DNA from: Planctomycetota bacterium
Lineage (GTDB): Bacteria; Planctomycetota; Phycisphaerae; Phycisphaerales; UBA5793
Length of the DNA: 64,000 nt
Direction of reading: 5' to 3'
Assembly (NCBI GenBank): GCA_013112555.1
Contig: JABFGK010000001.1
Location: forward strand, 2,796,034-2,860,033
Shown: positions 9,613-17,962 of the stretch, one piece after another
Numbering within the stretch: the stretch's first letter is position 1
How the letters are laid out: every line of letters begins with the position of its first letter
The notes under the pieces: model-generated
The model's input: the letters and a program-made list of their open reading frames with translations, nothing else
What the model was told of the DNA's origin: nothing
Databases searched by the model: none
Translations under genes and position numbers: made by a program

Positions 9613-9981
9613 CGACTAGGCTTCCTCTCAGGTCTCTTCATTATCTGCTGTATGCGAGCATGATGTGCACCGGTCACATCGACCGATCGACACGATCAGG
9701 CAGCCTTGACTGCCCTCCCCACTACGGCAGCGTGGAGTGCCCACAAACACATACCTCGCCGCAGCGTCAGGCTGCCCCGCGTTAAGCCGTCGAGTATAGA
9801 TCGTCGTCAGGGTGGGCCAACCCGCCGCCGGGCGCCGGGGCAGCAAAACCGGTGATTCGGGGTGCGTCGGACCTTGCCAGACCGAGGGAGACAGGGGGGG
9901 ACGGGGGGGGGTCCCAGGTCCGGATACCTTCAGATTGGCAAATCCGGGTTCCTGGCCGGTGGCACCGGCGTGTCATTGGAT

Positions 9982-10051
9982 CGACGAGCCGCGACCGTGT
10001 GAGGGAGCGGGCCTCATTGGATCGACGAGCCGCGAACGTGAGGGAGCGGGC
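9982..10051 (-). repeat. Two tandem copies of a ~30-nt REP-like motif (reverse complement of GCCCGCTCCCTCACGGTCGCGGCTCGTCG)
   Basis: cgacgagccgcgaccgtgtgagggagcgggc (9982-10012) and cgacgagccgcgaacgtgagggagcgggc (10023-10051). The same motif occurs in the opposite orientation at 19106-19135 and 37085-37114. Confidence 0.85.
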
Positions 10052-10122
10052 CTCTTCACTCGTCATTCCTGCGAACGCAGGAATCCAGGGACATTCGGCC
10101 CGCGCGCGCGAGCATGACGAAA

Positions 10123-10223
10123 GCGTGGTAGGTCAGGACGAGGTCCGCCGAGTCCTGACAGGCAGATGATTCATCGGACAATAGCAAGAACCCGCTTACT
10201 CACGTGCGCGGCTTGTCGGAGGC
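10123..10223 (+). repeat. 101-bp direct repeat, copy 1 (hairpin GTAGGTCAGGAC..GTCCTGAC plus tail)
   Basis: gcgtggtaggtcaggacgaggtccgccgagtcctgacaggcagatgattcatcgga...cccgcttactcac.tgcgcggct.gtcggaggc recurs at 11885-11985 with about 93% identity. A hairpin-only copy lies at 35375-35403. Confidence 0.9.
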
Positions 10224-10464
10224 GACCGGATCGCCAATCTCCCGAGTGGCACGCTTGTTGTTACCGCCACCACCGGTGGCGGCTTTGTGAGCGGGGGAAT
10301 GATGCACAAGCATCATGCCACTCCCGGAGGGTTCTGCCGCACCATGATGAGCCGGATCGGCGAACGCATCCTGTCGCCAGTTCGTAGCACGGTATAGTGC
10401 TTACGCGGACGTGGGCCTCGTGCTCGCTCCGGCAGCCTCTTCACTTCGTCAGCGAGGTGTGTGT

Positions 10465-11430
10465 ATGAAAAAGATCGTCATTACCGGTGGGACCGGGCAG
10501 GTCGGCACGATACTGGCGCGCGCATTTCATGCCCACGGTGAGTACGACGACATCGTGGTCATCGGCCGGAATCCGAAGCGGGATACTCCGTGGCGCACGG
10601 TGGTATGGGACGGCAGGACTGTCGGTCCCTGGGCCGATGAACTGAGCGGCTCCGATGTTGTGATCAACCTCGCAGGGTACAACGTCAACTGTCGATATCA
10701 TGAGAAGAACCGTCGCAGGATCATGGATTCGCGCATTGACACGACGCGCCTGATCGGCAAGGTCATTGCGACTCATGCAACCCCTGCGCCACGCCTCTGG
10801 CTCCAGGCAAGCACCGCCACGATTTATGCACATACATTCGGCGAACCGAATGACGACGTCACCGGCGTCATTGGCGGAAACGAGCCTGATGCACCGTCAA
10901 CCTGGCGATTCAGTATTGAGGTTGCGACGGCGTGGGAGCGTGCAGCCGAGGAAGTGGACACACCGAACACACGCAAGGTTCTGCTCAGATCGGCCATGAC
11001 GATGAGCCCCGACCGCGGCGGGATTTTCGATGTAATCCTGCGACTCGTCCGGCTCGGCCTCGGGGGCAAGGCCGGCAATGGAAAGCAATTTGTGTCCTGG
11101 GTTCATGAGCATGATTTTGTGCAATCGATCCTCTGGCTCATCGAGCATGATGATCTGAGTGGGCCGATTAATATTGCTTCTCCGAACCCACTTCCATACG
11201 CGGAGTTTATCCGTGCGATACGCAAGGCATGGGGGATGCCCATCGGCCTCCCTGCGACGAAGTGGATGCTCGAACTCGGCGCGGTCCTGATGCGCACCGA
11301 GACCGAGCTCGTCCTGAAGAGCCGGCGCGTGGTCCCACGACGATTGCTCGAATCCGGGTTCGCATTTGACTTCCCCCGGTGGCCTGACGCGGCCGATGAC
11401 TTGTGCAGGAAGCGGCGTGCTGCCCGATGA
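10465..11430 (+). CDS. NAD-dependent epimerase/dehydratase family protein, YfcH-like (DUF1731 C-terminus)
   Basis: MKKIVITGGTGQVGT (Rossmann GxxGxxG) ...GNGKQFVSWVHEHDF...RRVVPRRLLESGFAFDFP, a typical YfcH/TIGR01777-like architecture. I prefer the ATG at 10465 over the upstream GTG at 10411. Confidence 0.8.
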   Translation: MKKIVITGGTGQVGTILARAFHAHGEYDDIVVIGRNPKRDTPWRTVVWDGRTVGPWADELSGSDVVINLAGYNVNCRYHEKNRRRIMDSRIDTTRLIGKVIATHATPAPRLWLQASTATIYAHTFGEPNDDVTGVIGGNEPDAPSTWRFSIEVATAWERAAEEVDTPNTRKVLLRSAMTMSPDRGGIFDVILRLVRLGLGGKAGNGKQFVSWVHEHDFVQSILWLIEHDDLSGPINIASPNPLPYAEFIRAIRKAWGMPIGLPATKWMLELGAVLMRTETELVLKSRRVVPRRLLESGFAFDFPRWPDAADDLCRKRRAAR

Positions 11431-11873
11431 CTGATACTCGGGCCACAGCGACGGGCGATGATGCGGCCCCGGTCCTCCTGTTTGACGGCGAGTGCGGGTT
11501 GTGTAGCCGCGCTGTGCAAACCATTCTTAATAACGAACGGGAGCGGCACACACTGCGGTTTGCGCCGCTTAATGGCGAGTACGGCCGAGCGCTCCGGGCC
11601 CGTCACCCGGAGCTCGATTCGATTGATTCAATGATCTGGTACGACCCACCCGCGGGCACCATCCGGGCGCGCTCCGATGCTGCCCTGTGCGTCTGCCGGT
11701 ATCTGGGAGGTCGTTTTCGGCTGTATGCAGGCATTGGCCGGCTCATGCCGAGGCGTATTCGAGATTGGCTGTACGGCGTGCTCGCCCGTCATCGTCACCG
11801 GATCCCGGTCGGCAGATCGCGAACCTGTACTCTCTCGGGTGCGGACGGACAATCTGAGCGGTTTCTGCTGTGA
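11427..11873 (+). CDS. Thiol-disulfide oxidoreductase DCC family protein (DUF393)
   Basis: ...VLLFDGECGLCSRAVQTIL.. carries the CxxC motif of the DCC family. The ATG overlaps the upstream stop (ATGA), suggesting translational coupling. Confidence 0.75.
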   Translation: MTDTRATATGDDAAPVLLFDGECGLCSRAVQTILNNERERHTLRFAPLNGEYGRALRARHPELDSIDSMIWYDPPAGTIRARSDAALCVCRYLGGRFRLYAGIGRLMPRRIRDWLYGVLARHRHRIPVGRSRTCTLSGADGQSERFLL

Positions 11874-11884
11874 TCTGAGCGCGC

Positions 11885-11985
11885 GCGTGGTAGGTCAGGA
11901 CGAGGTCCGCCGAGTCCTGACAGGCAGATGATTCATCGGAAAGCAGCAAGAACCCGCTTACTCACATGCGCGGCTCGTCGGAGGC
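11885..11985 (+). repeat. 101-bp direct repeat, copy 2
   Basis: See 10123-10223. The two copies bracket the YfcH-like/DCC gene pair. Confidence 0.9.
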
Positions 11986-11993
11986 ACGTCCTT

Positions 11994-12032
11994 GCCGGTG
12001 GGCTTTCGCGAGGAACGCTCACCCCACCCTAC
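11994..12032. repeat. 39-nt conserved element downstream of the HAF genes (gccggtgggctttcgcgaggaacgctcaccccaccctac)
   Basis: An identical 39-mer lies at 35428-35466. Each copy sits about 17-20 nt beyond the stop codon of a minus-strand HAF paralog. Confidence 0.9.
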
Positions 12033-12051
12033 GGTCCAATGCAATTCCTCA

Positions 12052-13412
12052 TCACTCAAACTTCACAACAACTAAATTGCTGATGTCACACTCACTCGAC
12101 ACCAATCCTTGAATTAACACGTCCTGCCCAGCCCACTTGCTCGGCACCTTGCCGACTAATGTTGCAACCCCGTTCGCATTGGCGATGGCCGTTCCTGCAA
12201 TGACCGGATCGTCGATCTGGAGCGCTGCTTCCACAATCTCACAGCGTGGAATGATCGAGCCGCCGCCCACCATGCCATAGATGAAGTACACCCTACTGCC
12301 CGGCGTCAGGTTGCGCGCCGTGATGGTATTGACCACACCGGCAGTGCCCGGTGTGGGCTGATCCAGTGTGAAGGTGGGATAGACCGGCGTCATTAGAAAG
12401 CCGTGGTTGTATGAGTTTCGGTCGCTCCGATATCCGTAGCCGACAATCTGACCGAAGTCATTGATGTCAAGCGCCTGCCTCAGATTGGTCCAAGCCGACT
12501 TCGGCGGGAGCATATTCCGCAACTCTAACATTCCGTCTCCATCCCGCCAAAGGAACGCTGTGACGTCAGGGTCATAGTCGCTCTCGATCAGTACGCCCAC
12601 CACCTCTCCGTTATTGCTGATCCCATTCGCGTAACTTGCCAGCCACGGGTGATCATGGATGTCAAACATCTCTCCATCCTGCCAGAGGAAGGCATGCTCA
12701 TCGAGTGGGGCTCTTGAGTATCCCGCTATCTGGCCAGAGTCACTGACTGCGTATGCCTTACCATCTCGGCCAAACGACCCAAGCCATTCAGCACCATTGC
12801 CTCTCCACACAACCGGTTGATATCGCAACCCATCATCAGCCGCCCAGCCGACGATCCAACCGGCTTCATTGATGTCCCTCGCCCCCTCTCCCCAACCGCT
12901 ATACCCGGCAGCGTATCTGGGACGCCATCGGTCCACACTACGGCCACAGCATTTCCGGCTGTACCTGCCACGATTCCCGCGCTATTAACACCGTAAGCCT
13001 CGGCGCTGTCATATCCATCTATGAATGGCAGAATGTGGACCTCTCGTTGTCTCGGCTCCCACGCGAATGGAGTCTCTAGCCACATCTGGTCCTTGTAATA
13101 GCCTGTCGCAAAGCCTGAATCGGCCACGTCAAACACACCGGCACCTGTCGGCCCCATGCTTCCCAAGAGTGTGTACTTGCCACGATCCCACAGAAAAGGC
13201 TCGCCATAAAACGTGCCTTGCATGGCGCCGCCGGTCTGAGACAGGTTGTTGATGGCGATCGCAGAGGACCATTCATTGTCACGCTCAATAGGAATGATGG
13301 CATAGTCATCGCCGAGCGCGGGTAGGGCAGGCAGAATTATGGCAGCCATGAGTGTCAGATGCGTTGCGGTTAACAGGTGTGCGAGATGGAGTTGCGCATT
13401 GGAATGTATCAT
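12052..13412 (-). CDS. Secreted HAF-repeat protein (TIGR03803-like), interrupted by a frame change near 12919-12921
   Basis: Two overlapping ORFs (12726..13595 and 12052..12936) together read as one protein. It has a signal-like N-terminus (MIHSNAQLHLAHLLTATHLTLMAAIILPALPALG), repeats such as ...DSGQIAGYSRAPLDEHAFLWQDGEMFDI.., and a C-terminal domain shared with 35483..36883. An AAGGAG Shine-Dalgarno lies 8 nt before the ATG at 13410-13412. Confidence 0.8.
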
Positions 13413-13851
13413 GCAGTGAACTCCTTGTACCGCCACCACCGGTGGCGGTTTTGTGGGTGGCGATTCGTCGGGCATAGGCCAAGTTACCACAATTCGGTGT
13501 TGCTGTCCAGAGGAAACCACCTCGGCCGAGCAAAGAAGTCGTCCTGTATCGTAAACAGTACTGGGCGTGATGTCGGCCAATGAGCCGGAGCGCATGTGTG
13601 TCTACAATGCGGACGACCCACTGTGGTTAATTTCTCGTACATTGGTCCGGATCGATATCGGAGCCGTTCTGCCATGCCTTATGTCCCCCCACCCACGCCG
13701 AAACGGGCCACGCAGCCCAGGAAGACCGCCATCATGCTTCTCATGATTTGTCTGCTGGCGGCATCACTGATGGTGGCGGCCATGATTGTGATATCCCGAG
13801 GCGGCTGACACCCGGCTGCAGGCACCCGCTTCCCAATCACATGCCAAAGGA

Positions 13852-13897
13852 TACAAAAAAGCACACACCCGGAGCCGAGTTGACTCCGGGTGTGCGG
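13852..13897 (-). terminator. Rho-independent terminator of the 1023-aa gene
   Basis: The minus strand reads cgcacacccggaGTCAACTCGGCtccgggtgtgtgCTTTTTTGT, a stem of about 12 bp followed by T6, located 55-100 nt after the stop at 13950. Confidence 0.8.
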
Positions 13898-13949
13898 TGC
13901 ATGTGCGTTGGGCGAGCCGACCGGACAGCCGGGTCGCGGGTGATCACGA

Positions 13950-16900
13950 TCAGTTGAGGATGGTCTTCTTGACCACATTCGACGAGTTGTTGGACTCAGC
14001 AGCCTGAACCCAGGCATCCACCAGCGGGGCAGAGTTGGGAACGGTGCGCTGATACACGGCAACGCCGGAACTGTTTGCCGATGTGCTGCCGCTCAACTTG
14101 GGATTCTGCAGTCCCAGCGTGACATCGAGTGAGGGCACATAGGTGCTCCCTGTGCCGGCCAGGCTGTACACGATGTAGACGGTGCCAAATGGCTTCGCAC
14201 CGTTGACCGTGAAGGTGGCCTGCTGACCTCGATGCAGGTCCGTGACGCTCAACACCATCGACTGATCGGCATCGAATCGGCCGACCCAGGTGCGCCAGTT
14301 GGTCCCGGTCCCTTCGTTGTACTCGTGATGGCTCCAGAACACGCCCGGATCGGCCGGGTCGGCATCCACGCCGGCATAGTCGCCCCAGCGGCCGCCGGTG
14401 TGAGCCCCGTTGCTCTCCATCAGTCGGACCTCTTCACGGAACGTGCCGGTCGCGTCGCCATTCTTCCGCACGAAACGTGAGATGAACGGATAGTCATTGG
14501 AGGATGACCGGTTGGCAGCAATCACAGCATCGCCGTCGTCGGTCACGCTGATGTCCTGGAACCAGCTGTGCTGGCCGCTGCCAAGATCAAACGTGCCACT
14601 CTGCGTCAGTGACGGGTTGCTGCCGCTGGACGGCCAGCCGTTCATCTTGATCTCATACCAGCGGACGCGAGCGGTGCTGTTTTCACCGATGGCGTGGGCG
14701 AGCCAGAGGTTCCCGTTGCGGTACACGCCGTGCTTAATACGGAAGTCCACCGTGGACAACCGATTGCTGCTGCCCTTCTGCGCTGCACTTGGCGGGTGAT
14801 CAAATCGAGGCACCGTCAGGTTGTAACTGCTCAGATTCGGGGTACCAAGCGGGTCTTCGACGGCATACAGCTTGAGTCGCGTACTGGAACCGCTGTAGGA
14901 CGTGCCGAAGTACTGTGCCGGTGCGGCGGTATCCCAGTTGTCGGCGGCCCCGAGCGAAATCAGGCTCCCGCCGGTGGTCACATGCTTCATGGTGACCGGG
15001 TCACCATTGAGCATCTTCGACTTGTCGAAGATGTGGATATTGTTGCCGCCGCCTCCGAAGTAGTCGGCCGTGATGTAGTACGCATCGGTGCCGATGGCGA
15101 GATTCTCGAAGTCGACAAACGCGCCAATGCTCGACAGGCTGAAGCGATACTTGTGCCAGCCATCCATCGGATTGGACGTCATGCTGACTGCGACATCCAG
15201 GTAACTGAGATTCGCGTTCCCGCCCTGATGCTCGGCTGAGGCAACGACGAATCGGTCGGCATGCGGATCATACTGGGCGACCGGGTCGAACACGAAGTAG
15301 TCGGCACCAAGACCGCCCCAGAAGTTCTCAAGGTAGTCGTGGAACAACTCAGTTCCGTTCTTGTCGTAGATCGCAATTCGCATGTTGACCACGCCCACGA
15401 TGTGCTCGGGGCCAACTGCCAGATCGGGATCCGGCGGCTGCCATTCGGTGGTGGTATAGCCAATGAATCCGAAGTCCGGGCCGACCTCAGCCGGGAACAG
15501 TTCCTTCTCCTGTGGACGCCAGTTCTCGGTCGGGACCGGCGGCACACGAACGTCTGCTGCGGTCAGTTCCGAGCCGGCTGCAATCTGCTCGACCACAGAC
15601 GGGGCCGGCAGGTCCAGATCAGCCGGTGCCAGCACCGTCAGGCCGATCCCGGTCCGATCGCCGTCAACCTGGCCGTCCCAGGCAAATGCCAGATGGTCCA
15701 GCGAGCCCCAATCGACGCGCTGGGCATTCGAGGCCGCAGCCAGTGCATGCTGCCCGGAATCGCCGACGTTTACCTGGAACGCGTCGCCGGATGGGGTGCC
15801 ATCGGCGTTATACACGCGGGCCATCATCGTCGAAGGCGGCTGTGGGCGCCGCTGCATGAGTGTGTCCGCTTCCATCTCGCCGAACACGTTGTACGACACG
15901 AGGTAGCGGCCATTGCCGGACCACGCGACCGCTGCACCACTCTGCCATGACCCGGCGTATGCCGAGACGATCTGGGGATCACCCTGCGGGGACCCGTCGG
16001 CATTCAGTGTGCGTGTCAGGACGTCATATCCATCAGCATCGGCAGCCTTGCTCATCCAGGCGACGAGGCAGCGGCCGTCAGTATCTATATCAATTGAAGG
16101 CTCGATCTGCTGGGACCCGGGCTGCGTGATCGAAACGAGGGAGGCCGGCTGCGTGATCGAGCCGTCGGCTGCGATCGGGCGGGCATAGATGCCTTCCGGG
16201 TCGCCATTGGCGTCAATCCGATCCCAGACGGTCATGAAACTGCCGTCGGGCTGGACGGCAGAGGCCACCATGCGGTCTGATCCGGACTCGTGCGAGCCGA
16301 GCAGCACCTCATTGGTGACGGCGTTGCCGTCTGCATCGAAGAGGCGAGCCACTGCCTGCACCGTGCCGTCCTCAAGTTGGTTTGTCCATGTGACGAGGGC
16401 GGTACCGTCGCCATTGATGGAGATTGACGGGTCGGTCTGGGCCCGATCGGTCGTCAGGTTCACCCGGATCTCATCGGTCAGGGCACCGAACGCCCCGCCA
16501 TCCTGCAGATCGCCGAACCGTCGCATGAAGATGCCGGAGGAATCCCCATCCTGGCCTTCGGACTGCCAGACGGCCCAAGCGCGATTCTGAGTGTCAAATG
16601 CGACCGACGCTTCGTGCTGAATGCTCGGGGCATAGTCGTTGACGCGGAACTCCGTGCCGACTTTCCGACCCAGGGCATCAAAGAGTTGCCCGACCACGCC
16701 GTAACTCATGTTTTCCTGCCGGCGGCTGTCCCAGACGACGAGGATTCGACCGTCGGCATCGGTTGCCAGGCAGGCACGATTCTGCAGGCTGTGGGAAAAC
16801 GTGTTGGCACGTGACTCGGCAACCTGCAGCGACTTCGCGTCGAACGCCATCTCGCATTCTGCGGCCTTTGTAGCGGTCGCTTTGGCGGAGGAACAACACT

Positions 16901-17021
16901 GTGCGGAGGCCTCAATGGTGCCGGCACCGGCAACGGTGACAACGGCAGCCAGTGCAGCCAGCCGAAACGGCCAGGCGCTCAGGCCCTTGCTGTTTCCACA
17001 TTCAAAATACCGTAGGTTCAT
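13950..17021 (-). CDS. Large secreted repeat protein (N-terminal signal peptide, ~55-aa repeats, propeller-like central region, C-terminal beta-sandwich-like domain)
   Basis: 1023-aa ORF. The signal-like N-terminus is ...FRLAALAAVVTVAGAGTIEASA. It has about 6-7 repeats of the pattern DG..lVvW.s...dG...Gi.ar.F.a.G...g.Ef.Vn. The later motif RWGDYAGVDADPADPGVFW is typical of propeller-type uncharacterised exoproteins. Confidence 0.85.
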   Translation of the reverse strand: MNLRYFECGNSKGLSAWPFRLAALAAVVTVAGAGTIEASAQCCSSAKATATKAAECEMAFDAKSLQVAESRANTFSHSLQNRACLATDADGRILVVWDSRRQENMSYGVVGQLFDALGRKVGTEFRVNDYAPSIQHEASVAFDTQNRAWAVWQSEGQDGDSSGIFMRRFGDLQDGGAFGALTDEIRVNLTTDRAQTDPSISINGDGTALVTWTNQLEDGTVQAVARLFDADGNAVTNEVLLGSHESGSDRMVASAVQPDGSFMTVWDRIDANGDPEGIYARPIAADGSITQPASLVSITQPGSQQIEPSIDIDTDGRCLVAWMSKAADADGYDVLTRTLNADGSPQGDPQIVSAYAGSWQSGAAVAWSGNGRYLVSYNVFGEMEADTLMQRRPQPPSTMMARVYNADGTPSGDAFQVNVGDSGQHALAAASNAQRVDWGSLDHLAFAWDGQVDGDRTGIGLTVLAPADLDLPAPSVVEQIAAGSELTAADVRVPPVPTENWRPQEKELFPAEVGPDFGFIGYTTTEWQPPDPDLAVGPEHIVGVVNMRIAIYDKNGTELFHDYLENFWGGLGADYFVFDPVAQYDPHADRFVVASAEHQGGNANLSYLDVAVSMTSNPMDGWHKYRFSLSSIGAFVDFENLAIGTDAYYITADYFGGGGNNIHIFDKSKMLNGDPVTMKHVTTGGSLISLGAADNWDTAAPAQYFGTSYSGSSTRLKLYAVEDPLGTPNLSSYNLTVPRFDHPPSAAQKGSSNRLSTVDFRIKHGVYRNGNLWLAHAIGENSTARVRWYEIKMNGWPSSGSNPSLTQSGTFDLGSGQHSWFQDISVTDDGDAVIAANRSSSNDYPFISRFVRKNGDATGTFREEVRLMESNGAHTGGRWGDYAGVDADPADPGVFWSHHEYNEGTGTNWRTWVGRFDADQSMVLSVTDLHRGQQATFTVNGAKPFGTVYIVYSLAGTGSTYVPSLDVTLGLQNPKLSGSTSANSSGVAVYQRTVPNSAPLVDAWVQAAESNNSSNVVKKTILN

Positions 17022-17399
17022 AAACCTGCCCTTCTCATACTGTTTGATGGGTAATCGGACTCTTCAAATCGCTCACTGCGCGAAGCGCATCCACAGGCAC
17101 ACTTTGACCGAAGACCGCCTGGTGTGCAAGCACGAAACCGGCGGTTCGGGCTTAAAAGGGATGATCACGCCATATTTGCAGCGCCTGCTCATGCCAACTG
17201 GCACACACATCGGGCCTCCCGGTATCAACGAGCCAGGTCGAGCCAGCATTCCCGAAGATTCGATGTGGGCCGTTTTGCTTATAGAATGATGGCATGATTC
17301 TTCTATATAAAACTGGTTTTTTGTGCGACTCTTGGTTGAGGAGGGCACCCTGTCGGGGGATCTGATTCGTGCCGGTCTATGCTGGGCTCGGTTCCCGAG

Positions 17400-17428
17400 T
17401 TGACAGACGGGTTGTGTGCGCGAAGATC
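17400..17428 (+). promoter_or_regulatory. Candidate sigma70-like promoter for tRNA-Ser
   Basis: TTGACA (17400-17405), 17-nt spacer, AAGATC (17423-17428), about 30 nt upstream of the tRNA 5' end. The -10 element is weak. Confidence 0.25.
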
Positions 17429-17458
17429 AGGGGGCTACGGGAGGGGGGATGGCTGCCA

Positions 17459-17545
17459 GGTGAGGTGCCAGAGCGGTTGAATGGGCCGGACTTGAAATCC
17501 GGTGTGCCTTTCGGGGTACCGTGGGTTCGAATCCCACCCTCACCG
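17459..17545 (+). tRNA. tRNA-Ser (anticodon UGA), class II with a long variable arm
   Basis: Acceptor GGTGAGG/CCTCACC plus discriminator G. Anticodon stem CCGGA/TCCGG with loop CTTGAAA. Variable arm GTGCC..GGTAC. T-arm GTGGG-TTCGAAT-CCCAC. CCA is not encoded. Confidence 0.9.
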
Positions 17546-17811
17546 TTTATCCAGAATCAGATTGTGGATCTGGGGGATTCGAACACACCGCGGACTGTGC
17601 GCCCCGCACAGGACGCCCCGTGGGCTCGACGCCGCTTCTTCGGCGCCGCGGCCACGCCTGCGAATCCCACCCTCACCGTTTATCCAGAATCAGATTGTGG
17701 ATCTGGGGGATTCGTACACACCACGGACTGTGCGCCCCGCATGAGACGCCCCGTGGGGGCGACGCCGCTTCTTCGGCGCCGTGGCCACGCCTGCGAATCC
17801 CACCCTCACCG
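17546..17811 (+). repeat. Two tandem 133-bp units, each ending with an 18-nt copy of the tRNA-Ser 3' end (att-like)
   Basis: Units 17546-17678 and 17679-17811 differ at 8 of 133 positions. Both end in cgaatcccaccctcaccg, which matches tRNA nt 17528-17545. Confidence 0.9.
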
Positions 17812-17962
17812 TTTTTGTTTTTGTTGGGCTCTTGGGGTGAAGTAGGGCTGGAGCATCTGGCAGGTCTGTCAGCGCTCGCGACATTGCACATCGGCAACAT
17901 TCGTGTACCATCGCGCATCTTCTCGTTCATTGTTCGGATGTGGCGACCGCATATCATTCTAC

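Noticed and set aside
9894-9911. The G7-AC-G9 tract as a functional G-quadruplex or phase-variation tract.
   Set aside because: It is intergenic and not within or just upstream of a phase-variable-type gene. In an assembly with homopolymer errors its exact length is unreliable.
13674-13808. A small 44-aa ORF, MPYVPPPTPKRATQPRKTAIMLLMICLLAASLMVAAMIVISRGG, with one TM-like segment.
   Set aside because: It is plausible as a small membrane protein, but it has no Shine-Dalgarno sequence, no family resemblance and no conservation evidence, so I cannot support it as a feature.
17560-17660. A possible minus-strand tRNA or pseudo-tRNA inside the 133-bp unit, because gggggattcgaac is the reverse complement of a T-loop-like GTTCGAATCCCCC.
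   Set aside because: The bases 5' of TTCGAAT on the minus strand (GTGTG) cannot pair with CCCCC. No acceptor or anticodon arms can be drawn.
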